A program made the position numbers and the translations under genes. This document shows, piece after piece, positions 60,218 to 64,000 of a stretch of DNA of 64,000 nt. Every line of letters starts with the position of its first letter. Position 1 is the stretch's first letter. The stretch comes from Chrysomallon squamiferum. Lineage: Eukaryota; Animalia; Mollusca. The notes beneath the pieces are model-generated. The model did no database searches and was not told where the DNA came from. It saw nothing but the letters and a program-made list of their open reading frames with translations. Location: NCBI GenBank assembly GCA_012295275.1, contig CM022668.1, positions 9,796,001-9,860,000 of the forward strand. The letters are read 5' to 3'.

Positions 60218-60836
60218 GTGATTTAGTGGTTACCTCCCTTAATTCTTTTACTTCTAGTAATTCTAATTATGTCCCTTGATTATGTAGGTAAAAAGTGCTA
60301 TTACTTCCCTTATTACATTTTTTTTTCAGTTATATCCATTGCTTAAGATAAAGTGCACATAATTATCTCCCTTGTATCTGTTTCTTTTAAGATTTTACTC
60401 ATTATATTATATTATATTATATTACATTATATTATATTATATTATCTCCTTTGTTGCTTCTATTTCTCATAAGGTTTCACTCACCCAGTTAAATTTTTAT
60501 TGCATTATATTAAATATTATTTATATTGTATTGTAGTTTTGTATTGTATAGTATATATTATATTTATCATATAAATTATATTGTATTATAATTTTGTATT
60601 GTATATTATATACTATATTTATCATATCATTTATATTGTATTGTATTGTTTTGTACTGTGTATTATATATTATATTTATCATATCATTTATATTGTATTG
60701 TTTTGTATTGTATATTATATATTATATTTATCATATTTTATTTTATTGTATTATATATTTTATTTATTATATTATGATTCTATTGTATTGTATTATATGT
60801 TTTATTGTATTGTATTGTAATTTTATTTTACTTCAG

Positions 60837-61004
60837 GATAGCGAGAATGGGTTTCAGCAGACACATGTTTTCTCACCCCTCAGACTTGGACTGCCTCGCC
60901 CCCTGTGATGTCCGGAACGGCCTCCAGCCAGAGCATGTTGTCCCCAGGATCCCTGTCAGCCCCGCCCTGCTGGTAGAGATGTTGTCTGGGCTTTACTACG
61001 TCAT
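60837..61004 (+). CDS. HYCC1: Hyccin exon 7: IARMGFSRHMFSHPSDLDCLAPCDVRNGLQPEHVVPRIPVSPALLVEMLSGLYYV(M)
   Basis: tacttcag acceptor, AT|gtaagt donor; 168 nt, phase 2/2; RIPVS...V.ML.G.Y motif. Confidence 0.95.
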
Positions 61005-61381
61005 GTAAGTTCAGGTCAAAGGTCAAACTGACTTCCTTGTGTTAATTAATTACAGTTTAGTGGTGAAATATGTATTATATATATATATATAATTTTTTTT
61101 TTTGAATTTTAATTAATTTTTACTTTATATATATATATATATAAATAAATATATATATTTAGTGGCAGAATCCTTTTTTTTTTTTTTTTTTATTAATTTG
61201 TTTTCTTCTTATTTAAATTTGTAGATTATAATAAAACTAACAATTTAATGCTGATTCTTATTTAATTTAATAATTTTGAAATATATATATATATAACACA
61301 GTTCACAAAAAGACTGAATTGTTTATCTATTTTTGGTTAAAAAAGAATAAACAAAAACAAACATACTTTCTTCTTTTACAG

Positions 61382-61469
61382 GTTCAATGGGCAGACAACT
61401 GTAGCTACTCATGCTGTAGAAGATATTCATTCAAGGGCAGGTTATGAGATGTTTGCTGATGTACAGATG
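61382..61469 (+). CDS. HYCC1: Hyccin exon 8: FNGQTTVATHAVEDIHSRAGYEMFADVQM
   Basis: cttttacag acceptor, ATG|gttagt donor; 88 nt, phase 2/0; matches human [29 protein letters not shown]. Confidence 0.93.
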
Positions 61470-61699
61470 GTTAGTTGTCTCCCTTTCTTTTTCAAGTTTA
61501 TTACTAATTTTGTATTGTTGTTGTTTAATGTGTAATGATGATATGATGAAGGAAGAAAGTATAAAGTCATGTTCTTTAATATAACAAACCTCAATAATAT
61601 TTTTGTAAGAAACTGTAGAATTATGAAACGGATTCAAAGTCATTTGATGGACCCAGACATATCTTGCAATAAAATAGCTTGACCCTGAGAGAGATTTTT

Positions 61700-62530
61700 T
61701 AAGGAATTGTATCAAATCTAAATACTGTTTTATGAGGAATTGTATCAGTATATGACAGACACAAATCTAGATATTATTTTATAAGGAATTGTATCAGTAT
61801 ATGACAGACACAAATCTAGATACTATTTTATAAGGAATTGTATCAATATATGACAGACACAAATCTAGATTTTATAAGGAATTGTATCAATATATGACAG
61901 ACACAAACCTAGATACTATTTTATAAGGAATTGTATCAATATACAACTGTCACAAACCTAGATTTTATAAGGCATTGTATCAATATACAACCGTCACAAA
62001 TCTAGATTTTATAAGGAATTGTATCAATATATGACAGACACAAACCTAGATACTATTTTATAAGGCATTGTATCAATATACAACTGTCACAAATCTAGAT
62101 TTTATAAGGAATTGTATCAATATATGACAGATACAAACCTAGATACTATTTTATAAGGAATTGTATCAATCACAAATCTAGATTTTATAAGGAATTGTAT
62201 CAATTGATGACAGACACAAATCTAGATGTTATTTTATAAGGAATTGTATCAGTATACAAATTTAGATGTTATTTTATAAGGAATTGTATCAATATAGGAT
62301 AGTCACAAATAAATCTAGATTTTATAAGGAATTGTATCAATTCATGACAGACACAAATCTAGATATTGTTTTATAAGGAATTGTATACGAGTATACAAAT
62401 CTAGATACTATTTTATAAGGAATTGTATCAGTATACAAATCTAGATATTATTTTATAAGGAATTGTATCCATCACAAATCTAGATGTTATTTTACAATGA
62501 ATTGTATCAGTATACAAATCTAGATATTGC
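61700..62530. repeat. Variable-length (~35-50 bp) minisatellite
   Basis: Recurring TTTTATAAGGAATTGTATCAATATATGACAGACACAAATCTAGA(TACTA) with modular deletions. Confidence 0.92.
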
Positions 62531-63711
62531 AAGTAGCTGTAGACACACGTGGCAGACAGAAACAAACTGGACACAAAAAAGAAGTCAGTGGTTTTCAGTT
62601 AGCTCTGACAGAGTCCTGTTTGTTCTCCTTCTTGGGAGGTGTTCAGATTATCACTGCATCTTGAGTGCTTCCTGTCTCAGCCCAGAATAATAACACATGT
62701 TTGTGAAAAAACAACAGTTTCTCATCATTTCATTATTAGGTAGAAAACTTTCTCCTCAAAGTGAAATCGGTCAACAAGTTTTGGAATGTCTCGTTTTTGT
62801 ATTAATATTCTAGGGGTGTTTTTGTTGGATTTTTAAAAATTTTGTTTATTTGTTTGTTGGTTTATTTATTTATTTATTTATTTATTTTTATTTAATTTGT
62901 TGATGTTGTTTGTTTATTTAAAGCTGCGCAAGTTAATAATGTTAATAAAAAGAAACCAAAACAATAAATATTACTGTTTTTCTTAAAATATTTATATTAG
63001 TTGATGTAATTTGATGCTGTAATGTTAGTAACAGTATAGCTATTGACTTATATCATCATCATTATAATATACTTCTTCTTCTTCTTTCTTCTTCTTCTTA
63101 TTATTATTATTATTATTGTTATTATTACTACTATGATTATTATAATCTGTTTTTTCTTGGTGTTTTTTAACCATATTATTTTATTTTTATTTTTATTTTC
63201 TCACAATATGGTTTTTCCTAACCCATTATTTAAATTCTTTAATTAATTTGACATACGTTTGTTTGTGCACTCATTTAATTTTCTCTCACCATCAATCACT
63301 AATTACTGATTTCTCTCTGACTGTCACTCACTCAGTGATTACTGATTTTCTCTATCATTCACTCACTAAATACTGATTTTCTCTCGCCATCACTCACTAA
63401 TTACTGATGGACTGCACTTAGAGGTGATTCCTGTCCTTATCTCGCCTATCACTGGCGTATTTAAAACAAACAAAGCTTTCTTCTCTACCTGGTAATTCCT
63501 CACATCTGTTATCTGGGAGGATATTTCACTGGTGTTTGATCCACAAATGCCATTCCTCCGAGTCCAGGAAGAATTCGGACACATCTGGACAGATTGGTGG
63601 TCAGTGTTTGGAAATGTTTTACAACAAACACAGCCATGCTGGCTATCACTGATAACAACTCTGGTGTCTTCAGGTGCACAGCATGTTCCAAGTTTGCTAC
63701 AGAGAAACGTC

Positions 63712-64000
63712 TCTGTTACATTCAGTCTTAGTATGGTTAAACTGTAGTCTATAGGTTCAAGTCTTAATACTGTCTTTTACACTGAACGTATGTTACTGTT
63801 ACATTCAGTCTTAGTATGGTTAAATTGTAGGTTCAAGTCTTAATACTGTCTTTTACACAGAATGTATGTTACTGTTACATACAGTCTTAGTATGGTTAAA
63901 TCATAGTATTTAGGTACAAGTCTTAATAATAGCTTTTACACAGAACATGTGCTAAGTATGTTACTGTTGTATTCAGTCTTAGTATGGTTAAATCATAGTC
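63712..64000. repeat. ~77-90-bp tandem repeat, at least 3.5 copies, running off the window end
   Basis: Recurring CTGTTACATTCAGTCTTAGTATGGTTAAA...AGGTTCAAGTCTTAATACTGTCTTTTACAC. Confidence 0.9.

Noticed and set aside
63540-63600. STNAIPP as the next hyccin exon (human VANAIK)
   Set aside because: No phase-0 AG acceptor in front and no further similarity; the next exon is probably beyond the window.

Overview
AT-rich, microsatellite-dense animal genomic DNA from a lophotrochozoan, probably a mollusc (inferred from miR-1992 and the repeat style; species not determined). The whole window lies inside one + strand gene, the hyccin/FAM126 (HYCC1/2) orthologue, a subunit of the PI4KIIIalpha-TTC7-EFR3 complex. 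Eight internal coding exons (110-214, 9972-10106, 21589-21633, 56244-56324, 57841-57962, 60122-60217, 60837-61004, 61382-61469) have GT-AG boundaries and compatible phases, and splice into an 840-nt, 280-aa open frame; start and stop lie outside the window. Exons are numbered as they occur in this window. The 34.6-kb third intron holds a same-strand pre-miRNA hairpin whose 3p arm (TCAGCAGTTGTACCACTGATTTG, 45074-45096) matches miR-1992 as I recall it. About 6.2 kb upstream is a candidate internal promoter (X-box, CCAAT, GT-box, TATA, Inr; 38696-38864). About ten RFX X-box palindromes and many CpG-retaining islands are spread over introns 2-3. Working hypothesis: an independently promoted, RFX-regulated pri-mir-1992 unit nested in hyccin. 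Also present: a decayed Tc1 transposon (2982-4448), a ~1-kb tandem duplication and many mini/microsatellites. Apart from those overlapping hyccin exons or the Tc1 remnant, the supplied ORFs appear to be repeat artefacts or chance. All family assignments are from memory; no searches were run.
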